32,005 bases of DNA from Octopus bimaculoides (Eukaryota), in contig NC_068983.1 of the NCBI RefSeq assembly GCF_001194135.2, positions 26,161,444-26,193,448 on the forward strand, given 5' to 3'. The notes beneath the pieces are model-generated. The model was not told the origin of the DNA. It saw nothing but the letters and a program-made list of their open reading frames with translations, and ran no database searches. Each line of letters begins with the position of its first letter. Positions within the stretch are counted from its first letter, which is position 1. Made by a program: the position numbers and the translations under genes. Of this stretch, positions 11,432 through 24,131 are shown one piece after another.

Positions 11432-14400
11432 GTATATAATGTAACAACATATTAAAGATGCTATAATAAAACTATACCAATATTCAGTCGAGACTATACT
11501 ATAACGTAACTTTCATCTGTTGAAAAGCTAAAATATCTAGGAGAAAAACTGGAATTTGGAGTGAAATAAGTGATTGCGTAGTACAGACCAAGTTTCTTCT
11601 TGTAGCGCTTAAAAATAAAGGAAAATGATGAAAGTCCGTGGCTCTTCACAAAAGATTTATGCAAGAACTTGCCAAATATGCAAGAAAAAAATCAGTCTGT
11701 AAAATTTGTATACAAAGAGTGAAATATTGAACGCAAAACGGGTTACTGACCGCATTCTGAAGACATGGTGACGCCATAAATAATCATTACTGAAAACAAG
11801 GTCAACCTATGCTCATAGCATAGTAATAGTAGGCTAGTGGCATGGTATGTGTATACTGATTTCATGCTAATGTTATTCTAGCGAAAATGGTAAGGGACTG
11901 GTTTAGGTACACATATATCATGGGGAAGGCATGCTGGTAGCATGGTGACGAGAAGCTGAGGTAGAATGAAGAGATGCTGGGAACATTCTGATAGTATGCC
12001 TTGATATACGGTGAAGCATACTGACAACATGATTACGGTAATATAAGAGCTGGAATGACTGATGTGTAATACGCTTAAAGCGGGTCAATATGGAGATAAG
12101 CTGTATCACGACAGATTTAAGCACGTTAGAAAACAGATGTTTCATGTTTATGAAATTTTATGTTAGGCTTTAATTTGAGATGCTACAATGACTTCTATTC
12201 TTGGTAAAATATCTCAAATTTGCGGGAGGGTGACATAATCTTTAATACTTGACTAATATTTTACTAACATTGTGGAAGAAATGCAAAGTTAACTCGGTAA
12301 GATTAGCTATTAGAACATAAAACGTTATAAATAAGTGCCACAATGAATACGATATGAAACGTGAAAATCCTTTCTCTCAATCATCTAACACACAGATTTT
12401 GATAATTACAAGACGTTGGGATGTTTGGGAATAAGAAGTAAGATGGTATAAGAGATTATAGCTGATATTTCTATTGTTGTTTACTCTCATATCAGCTCTG
12501 ATTGAGGAGGCTTCTGATCAAAAGCTTTCCAGCTATGATCTTCTATCATGATTTCAGGTAAAAGACTACGTAAATAATTCAAACAGTGAAATATATCTCT
12601 AGCTGCAAGGAAGCAACTTCAATGTTTCGGGAAAATCATTCGATGGACAGATAAGGGTATTTCAAAAGCATTAAACGCCTTTATATTCCTGACAGCTTCA
12701 ACTATATTTCATTGCTTCAATTCTTTAGATTATCTTTTGCCAAGACAGAACGCCACAAGTTTTCTATTCTACTTTACTATAGGATGACATAGTTGCCAAT
12801 GAAATGTTTATCATCATTGTTTTAAAATATTTAGGTAAGATTTTAATTTGAATTTTATTTGATCTTTTTTTTTTTTCGCATGTTGCGCAATCACATAATG
12901 GATTCATATTTCTGATTCATTAGATAGTTGTGAGAGAAAAGGACCCATGATACTGAAACGACCACTAGACAGATGTAGATTAAGGCACATGTTCAGGCCG
13001 GCATTCCTAGAAGTAGAGGAATAATCAGCATAGGTGTATAGAATAGTGAATTAAATCAGTTTTCCTTGGTAAACAATGGCGCTACTAAGATATTCTTTCC
13101 TCATATCGTCAATACCGTTGGAAATTCATTGTGCTCCTCTATTTTTTCTCTCCCGTAGAAATTTATTGTGAGATTCATGCGTGTATAGCCACTATTTCTA
13201 TGATATGTTTAATAAAATAATATTTCTCTAGTGCACTAATATATCGAGAGCAATTTCAGGCCACCGGATCATAGCCCTCCTTCAATATGACACAGAGGAT
13301 AAAATGAAATCCAGCTCCACAATATTTTGGAACTTTCGCTTATTACTTACAAACTGGGGGATCTTTATTTTTGTGCTGCCTTGTGTATATAGAGATCTGA
13401 TGTTAACTGTTAAATAATTAGTGTCTATACATTGAACGTATGTATTATAATAAGCAATAATAGCGAAATATTACTGGCATATCAACGAGTTTTGTGTTTT
13501 CTCTTAGAATAACTGTGAAAGAAAAGAAAAAAATTAGCTGTTGTATAGGAGGAAAAATAAGTTGATCATTTCTTTTATCTTGTCACAATAAATTAGTATT
13601 AGCACAAAGTACAAATGCAATTTTGTTTGCCAATTAATTTCAAGGATACGTTCAGTATTATTATATCGCACAATTTCTGTTAAGAAAAAAAAAAGAATTA
13701 AAATAACAGAAAGAATCAGGAAGTGTAATACAAACAGAAGTGTCTTTTTCTGTCCTTATAAATTAAACGAACTGTACATCTATATCTTTATTTTAATCTA
13801 GAAGCATGCTTGCTTATATTAAATGAAGAAATCAATGCAGGTTGACCGTTGGCTAATTAATCACACGATCTACTTGTGTTTACTCATTTTTTTATATTCA
13901 ACAATATACGATTCATGCGCGTTCACAACGATAATTTTGTTCTAGCAATTAATGAGGTGGATTTACGTTCGGCGAAAAGTATTTCTTATCAAACATAGTA
14001 TCTTCAACTAATCTTTTTCACAGAATCATGGAGAAAATTCCTGTACATTTCCCCTACACAACTGCAATGCAGCACTGTATTGACTGCTTACTTAATATAT
14101 TCTTTCAAATGTTGTTACTGTCTGTGATTGTGTCTGTAGATGATATAAGCGTTGCACATTCTTATCTCATCTTAATAGCAATAAAGTACTGAAAGTTAAG
14201 TGTAAAGCCGTTTGTTTGGGAGAATGGATGTAATAAAATACAAAATAATTGCAAATTGTATCTATCTGCATGTTAAACTTACATACATAAATAAGAATAT
14301 GCATACAGATATGCTTGCGTACATACAGCTACAAACCACAAAAGCTTTCTTGTCTTAAATGAAAGAGAATTGCAAATATGATTGGCAACTTTCATTTGCA

Positions 14401-15759
14401 TAAATGTAACAATTAAGATAAGTTTTAAAAGAAAATACGCATATGAAACAAACTCATATAGAGAAGAGAAAGAAATTATTCTCTTAACTCATAAAACTTT
14501 ACCTTTTTAATTCTATATTATCTCTTATAATTATGATTCCATTACAAGGGCTGTTCAATTTCCTTTCTTATATGCAGTAGCAATACGTCAAAATTTCAAC
14601 TCTCCTTCTTGAAGGAATATTACATCATTTATTACTGCGACCTATTAACTTACAACATTTATATCAAACATCATATCTAAAACATGCATAATGCTTCTCT
14701 TACGTTATTTTTTCTAGCGTACGCAACAAAGGAAACATTGGAAAATTGAGACTTTTCGAGTCTTTTGACTTGTATCCGTAGATAATCCGTTTTCATGCGA
14801 ATTGTTATAATTAAAAGCACGAACGTCACACTTCTAAATTTGTTAGCCATTGACATTATTGGCGCCAGTCACATTTCGATAAATATCTTTGATCACGAAG
14901 TTCATGCAACTGATATCACCCGCCCTGATGTGAGAAATTAATTTGTTTTTATCTAACTTCAATGCCTCGTATGTAAAACAAGATCGTGTTCAATAAGATG
15001 GAGGAAAATATATAAATAGTAATTCCAATCTTTATCGAAAACACTTTTTTGTTTGATCAGTGATACATAATATGTCTGATTTAGAAAGATTAGATCGTTC
15101 TCGCGATTTAAACCATTTTATAGTAGTGGTAATATTTGAATCTAAATTATATGGTTATTCAGTATTGTGATTAAAGCTTCTACCCGGAACGTTTACTGAA
15201 AGGCAAACTTGAAATTAGGATGTTCCCCTACAACACTGGCTCTTCGAATTGGCGTCATTTCGCATGAGAATATTGGTGAGCTCGCAATAGAGTAAAATAT
15301 ATTACAGTCAGGAATGAGAGGTTCTGGGTGTTTACAGACATCATGATTTTTCTTAAAATATAACATATTTTCATTCAAATCGGTGTGAGTAGAATATGAT
15401 TAGATATTGAGATATAAGTTAACGGTAACATGCGTGAATATGCGTCAATGTCCGATATAATCCGTTGTATAAATCCTATAATATGTATTTCCATAAAGAA
15501 AATAAACTAAACAAAATTAGGAAGCACCCATTTCAAGCGAAATATGCACAAATGAGGTTCGTGTCTAATGAAATGGACAATATTGGACAAGTTTTGTATG
15601 CTTAACATAAATGTTTTAATTAATTTTTAAAATTTACAAAATAATACAGCGGTGATTTATAAAACGTCATTCTGTGAAAGGAGACACCAAAATACAGATA
15701 TAACGAGAACAGCTGAATTCGTTCTTACTTGATCGGAGACTGTATGAAATCACAGTGCT

Positions 15760-15820
15760 GGACGCATACAGCCCAGGACGCATACAGTCCAGAACGCATA
15801 CAGTCCAGGACGCACACACC
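15760..15820. repeat. 16-bp minisatellite, ~3.7 units (ggacgcatacagtcca)
   Basis: Units at 15760, 15776, 15792, 15808; contiguous, no spacers. Confidence 0.92.
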
Positions 15821-15993
15821 GGATATTATGAATATTATGAGTAGTAATTTAGAGAGGTTAAGAAGGAAAAGTAGGACGATGACAACAGAAATAACAAAAT
15901 CTGTGTAAACGTGTACAAGGTCTGGCAGGAAAATTTGAAATAATTATTACAAACGAGTAAAAGCAGGCATTTGATCCCTGACGGTGAGCAGAA

Positions 15994-16038
15994 CACGTGA
16001 CGTCATTATCACGGTTCGATTACGTAATCGCTATAAAT
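15994..16038. promoter_or_regulatory. Putative cis-regulatory cluster: E-box CACGTG overlapping CRE TGACGTCA, palindromic TTACGTAA (PAR-bZIP/NFIL3-type) and TATAAAT
   Basis: CACGTG 15994-15999, TGACGTCA 15998-16005, 14-bp palindrome CGATTACGTAATCG 16017-16030, TATAAAT 16032-16038. The motifs are seen directly; function is inferred. Confidence 0.35.
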
Positions 16039-17036
16039 TTTCAGTTTCATTTTTATGTCGGCCATCACACGGAAATGGTTAGTCAAAATACGTATGTTAT
16101 AAGTAAAACATTCTCGGTGGATCTGTTCTTTTTTGAAACAAATTACTAAAGGCAAGCTGTACTAAAGCATCTACATTGTTTTGTATCAAAGTATGAACTG
16201 CACAGCGCATGTCGTATATGCAAAGTTTTGGTTACCAGATTGTGCTAGAAATATCAAAATCATAGGGAAAGGAGAGAGTTGCAAAACTCAATTTGGCATG
16301 TGGATAAATAGCATTTACTATGAAGACAATGTAAAAATACCCATGTGTATGTCGCAGTAAGTGAAATAAAGAACGATGGTAAATAAATATAGTTACAGCT
16401 TTAACCTGCGGGAAGATTCCTCTTTTTCTACGAAACTTACAGAATATAGTTGTCCAGAAAATATAATGGGTAGCGTAATTTAGTGATTAGAATCAAACTT
16501 CACACATGTTTTAAATTCTGCGAAAATGACAGATTATTCCGAAAAGTATTTATGAGAGTTGAGACGATTAACAACAAAACATTCAAAAGCTATTTTGAAA
16601 TGATTTATTATAAATACGGAATTAGACTCCAAGGAGAGGTTCTTGAGGGATTGAATGGGTCAATGAATCAAGTAGACGGTCAAAATATTTCTGGACTCAG
16701 ATACATCAGAATATTTATTTTCCACTGAAGTGTTATTCATCTCATGAGATGTGATACGATGGAAGTTAAATACTAAATGAAATAGTACAAAATGCTTAGA
16801 AATTTTGAATGTATGATGGCACCATTCAATTTTATATTATGAATAAGCAAAGCTTAAAATCAATACCAGAGGATTTCTTCTAGATTTACGCTTGTTTTAT
16901 ACCAAAATGCATCACACATGTTAACATTTATTTTTGAATTAAAAGGAAATATGAAACAATATACAACAATATCGATGTCTATCTATCTATCTATCGACGT
17001 GTGTATACGTGTGCATGTCTGTGTAGGTAAGCACGC

Positions 17037-17077
<41 letters not shown>

Positions 17078-18034
17078 NNNNNNNNNNNNNNNNNNNNNNN
17101 NNNNNNNNNNNNNNNNNNNNNNNNNNNNNNNNNNNNNNNNNNNNNNNNNNNNNNNNNNNNNNNNNNNNNNNNNNNNNNNNNNNNNNNNNNNNNNNNNNNN
17201 NNNNNNNNNNNNNNNNNNNNNNNNNNNNNNNNNNNNNNNNNNNNNNNNNNNNNNNNNNNNNNNNNNNNNNNNNNNNNNNNNNNNNNNNNNNNNNNNNNNN
17301 NNNNNNNNNNNNNNNNNNNNNNNNNNNNNNNNNNNNNNNNNNNNNNNNNNNNNNNNNNNNNNNNNNNNNNNNNNNNNNNNNNNNNNNNNNNNNNNNNNNN
17401 NNNNNNNNNNNNNNNNNNNNNNNNNNNNNNNNNNNNNNNNNNNNNNNNNNNNNNNNNNNNNNNNNNNNNNNNNNNNNNNNNNNNNNNNNNNNNNNNNNNN
17501 NNNNNNNNNNNNNNNNNNNNNNNNNNNNNNNNNNNNNNNNNNNNNNNNNNNNNNNNNNNNNNNNNNNNNNNNNNNNNNNNNNNNNNNNNNNNNNNNNNNN
17601 NNNNNNNNNNNNNNNNNNNNNNNNNNNNNNNNNNNNNNNNNNNNNNNNNNNNNNNNNNNNNNNNNNNNNNNNNNNNNNNNNNNNNNNNNNNNNNNNNNNN
17701 NNNNNNNNNNNNNNNNNNNNNNNNNNNNNNNNNNNNNNNNNNNNNNNNNNNNNNNNNNNNNNNNNNNNNNNNNNNNNNNNNNNNNNNNNNNNNNNNNNNN
17801 NNNNNNNNNNNNNNNNNNNNNNNNNNNNNNNNNNNNNNNNNNNNNNNNNNNNNNNNNNNNNNNNNNNNNNNNNNNNNNNNNNNNNNNNNNNNNNNNNNNN
17901 NNNNNNNNNNNNNNNNNNNNNNNNNNNNNNNNNNNNNNNNNNNNNNNNNNNNNNNNNNNNNNNNNNNNNNNNNNNNNNNNNNNNNNNNNNNNNNNNNNNN
18001 NNNNNNNNNNNNNNNNNNNNNNNNNNNNNNNNNN
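17078..18034. other. Assembly gap (957 N) flanked by (AT)n
   Basis: N run with AT repeats on both sides. Confidence 0.99.
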
Positions 18035-19437
18035 ATATATATATATATATGTATTTAAAAATTAAAGGAATGGAGAAAACGCATGTTATAATTGCATACT
18101 TTATTCCTACATATGCTTCAAAGGATTACAACCTATGTGATCCTTAGGGATCTGTGATATTAAAATTGTAACCTTCTCTTCAGGGAATGCATGGGAATCA
18201 TCTTAAACGTAAGACATTATGACCGAGTATGAAAACAATAGAAATTTTTAAATATACTCAAATACCCAAAATTTCAAGGAGTTCCTGCCTTAAAAACAGG
18301 AACTACACCACAGTTATTTTGTGTTCTTTGCTACATTGGTTTCTATTAAACCATTTATTCTATCCGAAGAATTTTTTATTCATTTACATAGAAGAAATAC
18401 ATATAATTAAATATATATATATATATGTATATATAATACATACATACATACATACATAGATACATACATATATACAATCGGCAGAAGTTACAATATGACT
18501 AAAAGTTCTTGGGGTATTGTGTGTTGGCATCGTTTGCATTCTATTTCGTTGTTTATAACAATAAACTGATACGCATACATTTTGCGCGTATGTATGTAAT
18601 CGGACTACTTACGGTATTTGCTTTGTGAACTTTAATTAAGTACCAGTAATCACAGTCCTCCTTGTTGAGCTGTAGATTGCGTGGCTGAGTTGTTTTGTGA
18701 TCACGGTTTCCTGTCCATAAACCGATCTCATTTAGTTGTTTTTCTTTTATTTTATTTTCGATGTCTACGTTGATCAATGCGTCTTTTCTCTTTTTGATAT
18801 TTTGATTGTTCAATTTAGAAATATTGAAACATGGAAACGGGTTAATTCTATCTGGTGGAGCGAACGAGAACAGAAATTTCTTGTTCTTTGAGTGACTTTC
18901 GCCACACGTACATTCACACATCGAATTTATATCTGACTTTATTTTGGCACGACAGATTCGTATACAAAATCCAATTTAATATTGAAACAGAACGCTTAAA
19001 TATCTCAGAAACTATAGAAGAATCAGCTGAAAATTAAATAAACAGGTCTTTGAAATGGTTGACTTGTTAAAATTCTTTCAAATCCTCTACCAATATGAGA
19101 CTAGCGATCGAAGTATAATCTCCTACGTCGATTTAATCCACCTGTATAAATCGATGATATGATATTAATTTCGAATATTTCCAACTGAGGATTCGGAAAA
19201 TATGACAGACTAGCAATAAAGCAACGATCAGAAAGAAACAGCTGTGGCAAAATGTGCGTATAATATGTGACTTGTTTACACTTTGTTATTGGATTGGCGG
19301 AAGAGCGACCATCGCAAATAAATAAATACATAAATAAACAAATAAATAAATGCATTGTGTTATTTCGTCTGATTCATTACATTGTGCGTTCACATCGAAA
19401 CATAGTCAACTTTAGTTTTCATACCTTCTAGATTAAT

Positions 19438-19516
19438 AAAAGAAATACCAGCCAAAAGAAGTACCAGCCAAAAGAAGTACCAACCAAAAGAAGTACCAGC
19501 CAAAAGAAGTACCAGC
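19438..19516. repeat. 16-bp minisatellite, ~4.9 units (aaaagaagtaccagcc)
   Basis: Units at 19438, 19454, 19470, 19486, 19502 with at most one mismatch each; contiguous. Confidence 0.95.
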
Positions 19517-19953
19517 TGGTTTAGTCACATACTTCACCCACTAAATTTGTGTTGGGAGTGCTGCCTGCAAGAAGCAGCTATTAAGTAGCGGTGTTAAATG
19601 AATATTCTTCTAATATGACGAATTAAATTGGAAATTGTGTATTGTTTCAACATATTAAAACTTTCTCGGTTGGAAAATGACTACATTATCAAGCAATTTG
19701 AATAACCGCATATTTAGACACATTTATACGCATACATTTAAATCAGTTTAGATTGTGTTCTGGTACGATACATATAGAAGCACACACTTAAATTTGTAGA
19801 GTGAAATAATCTTTTATATATTCGTGTGTCAGCATATATATGCACGTGTGCCTGATTGTGAATACGCGCGTTTTCTTTAGAACAAGATTTGTCACTGCTA
19901 TTAATTGGTGTAAATCAGCGAAATGCTAAATACATAGAAGCAGAGTATCACGC

Positions 19954-20001
19954 AGACGTTATATAATACTTAGATAAAGACGTTATATAATACTAAGATA
20001 A
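19954..20001. repeat. 24-bp tandem duplication
   Basis: agacgttatataatact(t/a)agataa twice, one mismatch. Confidence 0.92.
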
Positions 20002-20517
20002 AGATAAAACATTCTTTGTCCCCATTTATAAGGTAATGAAGTACTTGAGATAAAATTTCAATGATATATTCAAATATTGATTACGTGAATATAGCCTGAT
20101 AAAAAAAAAAAGGCGTTTCTTTTCGCGACCATAATTTTAATATTCTCCATATTTCGAATAGCAATGCTAGGAAAAGGAATTGATACGTTATTTTTGGATA
20201 TTTATTAAAAAATTGATGCAAAATATATGTGGAGAATTAGCCCTTCTCTTTTAAATGTAATTGTGAAAAAAAACACACCTTATAAAATTGTGTATATTCC
20301 GTAAACATATGTTTTTTTTTTTTAATTTGGGTTGTAGTGCAATGCAAACATACTGACTACAATGATTTCCAATCACTTTAGATAAGCAGTATAAATTGTG
20401 TCGATGTGTTCAATTGAAGTTGAGGCACATGTAATTATGCATAACATTGACGGCGCACAAAATATGCTATTCACGCTATTCGAACAACCTGTTACATTGG
20501 AAAATACACTCCTGTCT

Positions 20518-20650
20518 GCCTGCCTACCTACCTACCTACCTTCCAACCTACCTACCTACCTACCTACCTACCTACCTACCTACCTACCTGCCTACCTACC
20601 TACCTACCTACATACATACATACATACATACATACATACATACATACATA
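20518..20650. repeat. (CCTA)n-(TACA)n compound microsatellite
   Basis: Direct reading; abuts the 5' truncation point of the RLE retrotransposon fragment. Confidence 0.95.
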
Positions 20651-20651
20651 A

Positions 20652-21030
20652 TGACCTGATATAATGATTTGGGATAGAGAAAAGAAACTCTGCACAGTTG
20701 TGGAAATTAGCTGCCCAGCGGATGTTAACATGAAGATCAGTGAAAAATAGAACACTTATGCTGAACTATTAAGAAGACTGAAGTTACTTTATCCAGATTA
20801 CAAGTTCAGGTTTATAATTATTGGGGCCCTGGGATATGTAACACACTGCCTAAATATCAATCTTGATAAATAAGGCTTCTCAAACCGGGAAGGATAAAGC
20901 GAATTCGAAGACTACAGATCCAATCCATCACTAGAACTACACAAATCTTAAAAACTTTCCAGTAGTTTATCATTTAAATACACACGAGCATGTGTAGATA
21001 TGCAAATATATGCATGAGAAAAGATACATA
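20652..21030 (+). mobile_element. 3' end of an RLE-type non-LTR retrotransposon (R4/Dong- or NeSL-like), decayed
   Basis: From 20655 it reads PDIMIWDREKKLCTVVEISCPADVNMKISEK*NTYAELLRRLKLLYPDYKFRFIIIGALGYVTHCLNINLDK*GFS.../RIRRLQIQSITRTTQILKTFQ*. This matches the restriction-like endonuclease signature (R)PD.....(D/E).....EK..KY..L......IGALG. It is followed by a short 3' UTR and TACA-rich repeats. Confidence 0.88.
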
Positions 21031-21123
21031 TCACATAAGTACATAAATACATACATACATAAATATATACATACATACATACGTACACACATACATAAAT
21101 ATATATATATATATATATATATA

Positions 21124-21240
21124 NNNNNNNNNNNNNNNNNNNNNNNNNNNNNNNNNNNNNNNNNNNNNNNNNNNNNNNNNNNNNNNNNNNNNNNNNNNNN
21201 NNNNNNNNNNNNNNNNNNNNNNNNNNNNNNNNNNNNNNNN
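21124..21240. other. Assembly gap (117 N)
   Basis: N run preceded by (AT)n. Confidence 0.99.
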
Positions 21241-23386
21241 CCGATCTTATATATATATGCGCAGAAACACGTGCACACACACACACACACACGTATTTTA
21301 CATATATACGTCTACTGAAGATATACTGATGAATTACTGTATTCTTGAAAAAGAATATTTAAGTATTGTTTACAAGCCTATGTATATATTATGTTTAACA
21401 TTAAGTAAACCAGAGAACATCTGTGAGTACAGCCGTCATCAATCACTAATAAAAGGAAAGTGTAATCCACAGTGTGTTTGAAACGTTAGAATTACTGGAT
21501 GGTAAAGAAAAGCAATCCCAAATTAAAGACGAAGAAGTTTATGAGGTTTATGAACACTCTATGTAGGTCTCGATTTTCATTATAGTAGTTGTCATAAAAA
21601 TATTCCCACAAAAATCCACCATGTGGCGTCGGCGCAAACGTAGTCTATATAGTGTGATGGAAGATAACAGGGTTAACATTCTGTTGGAAACTTGTATGGA
21701 AAATCACTTCTGAAAATGTATTGACTGAAAACACAAAAGTGATATTTAGGAATCATTTTCTCCTTATGAATTTTTTGGTGATACCTGTAGTCTGCCATAA
21801 CTAAACACCATAAACTATGAATTTTACCGACTACTAGCACAGTAAATGGACGCTAGAGATGAAATTAATCAATTTTAAATATAAAGCTTAAGATCAGGAG
21901 TTGACCACTGCAACACAATGGCCTTCGCATCGATTGAAAATCTCTATACTTTTCCAAACAAAACCATACCAGTCTCAACGAACAAGATATGTACAAAATA
22001 AATGTATTTACATACTTACATATAAAACCCATGATATAACTTCAGCGTACAGTAATTCTTCAGAGATCATGATTTCTAATGAATGGTTTGACTGATTAAG
22101 AGATTGACCTGGCGCTTTCAGTATATGACCTGCAAATCTACTAAATGTTTTCCACTGGTTCTTCGGTGTTACGTTTGCAGTAGTATGTCATTTGCCTCTG
22201 CCTGTGACAGAGAACGCCAAACAAAGACAACTACTGTCATATTTAAACTGTTGTTTACGTAAAGTCGAAATGATTATTTTAATCTAGACATCGCTCCTTT
22301 CTTTTGCTTGATTGGCGAACCACAACCATTGACAAAAAAAATCAACTGTTATAAAGGAAGACTGTGTCACCGATCTAATGAACAGCACACTTTTAAGTGG
22401 AGCATGTAAAATTACATAGAGAGTGCATACATCATCGTAATCGATCATCTGAGAGGATGTTCAGGTTCACATTAGATCAGATAGATGATGAACGAATAGC
22501 ACAATTTTCGAATTGCTACGTTTGAATGGAGTGAAATAGGAATTTGACCATCATTAGAGAGACCAATCTATTTTTGAACTTGAAGCAGATAACGGCTATA
22601 CTTATAATAAATATGAAAACCATATAACGCTTTATGAAACTGCAGAATAGAACAACATTTACAAATATTTAAGAAGGGAAAATTATGCTGATGGAAATTA
22701 AGATAATTTCAAGCAATATTCAAGACAACTGAAAGAAAGAAATCTACAGAAATCTTCTGTTCACCATTATACGCATTGTTTCCAGATATGTAGGGCAGCA
22801 GACGAGATACTCTCACTATACAAGAATACTCGGAAGTGGACATATCTTTAAGGAAAACGAAAAATTATTTTCTAGACATAAGTGGACAGTGGTGTGATGA
22901 GATTTTGCTTCACTAGTACTCATCAGCATGACAACTCTTGAACTGTATCTGCAGTAGCCGAAGCACGTAGACATATACTAAAACAGTTGATCACTATTTT
23001 GGCATGCACAGTTTTCATTATTTAACTATAATAAGACATTCAAGATCTCAGTGACTAGTGGCATGTATATCAACAACATAGATATATACGGGCAAACATA
23101 TACGTAGAATATAAATTCTGGATGTATTAAAATCCTCTCTGCGTTTGGAGGATGTGTCACGACAGAGTGAGGTAAACGTTTCTACCACTGTCCAGAAGAT
23201 AATCATGCCTAATGCTTTTTCCATTGTGGTAGGTCAGATTTGGAAAATACCTGATTCTACCCTTCTCAGAATAGGTTTGTCTCATTTGTCATTTCGTTAC
23301 AGTAAAATTCCCACTAGGAATGAAAATAATTTCAATGAATACAAATAATAATTCGTATGATATTTCATTTAATTGTATTTGTTTCT

Positions 23387-23390
<4 letters not shown>

Positions 23391-23448
<58 letters not shown>
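23391..23448. repeat. Perfect (CA)29 microsatellite
   Basis: Direct count. Confidence 0.97.
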
Positions 23449-23449
<1 letters not shown>

Positions 23450-24088
23450 GCAAACACACACACACACGCGCACACACAGAATAACAAAATCGGTCATCAC
23501 TCATATTGCAAAGGAAAGATGAAAACTCACCGCAGTTACTTAATCGAAACACGTGTGGTGCAACAGAAGCAATATTAATGGGAAATAGCAATCCGCGTAT
23601 TATTCTCATTGCAAATACAAGACCAAATTATAACTTAACTGCGGTATTCGTCCGGATATAGTATGTTTTACGGGACGGCTGTGTTAAATAACTTAAACAT
23701 AAAGCTAGCAGACGAAAATCACCCAACATTGATGTCACGGATTTAGAAAAGCATTTATTCCATTTCAGAATCTGTCATTAGCAAGGAATCATTGTTTGCA
23801 TACTAAGACAAAATCGTATATCAATACGGATGAATTTTTCAGCATAAGGTACCGGCTACTATCACAGCCTCAGAAGATACAAATGAAGACCAAGCATTCT
23901 GGCTACCACTAGATAAAGATATATTAATCCTATTTGAAACAGTGCAGTTATAAAAAGGTACTATTTCCGGTAAAATTCCTCAGTCAATTTGGCTTTTCAG
24001 GAGGCACATGCATTAAGTATTACAAACAAATGCCTATTTTGTTGTAAATCTGATTCTGTAGCACATTTTCCTCTCCTTCTGTCACTCT

Positions 24089-24131
<43 letters not shown>

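Noticed and set aside
16483-16728. 81-aa non-repetitive ORF
   Set aside because: TG-type start (GTG), no recognisable domain, and length compatible with chance; no supporting splice structure identified.
15760-19516. Short repeat arrays at 15760 and 19438 as possible CRISPR arrays
   Set aside because: Units are contiguous with no unique spacers, no cas genes are present, and the context is eukaryotic.
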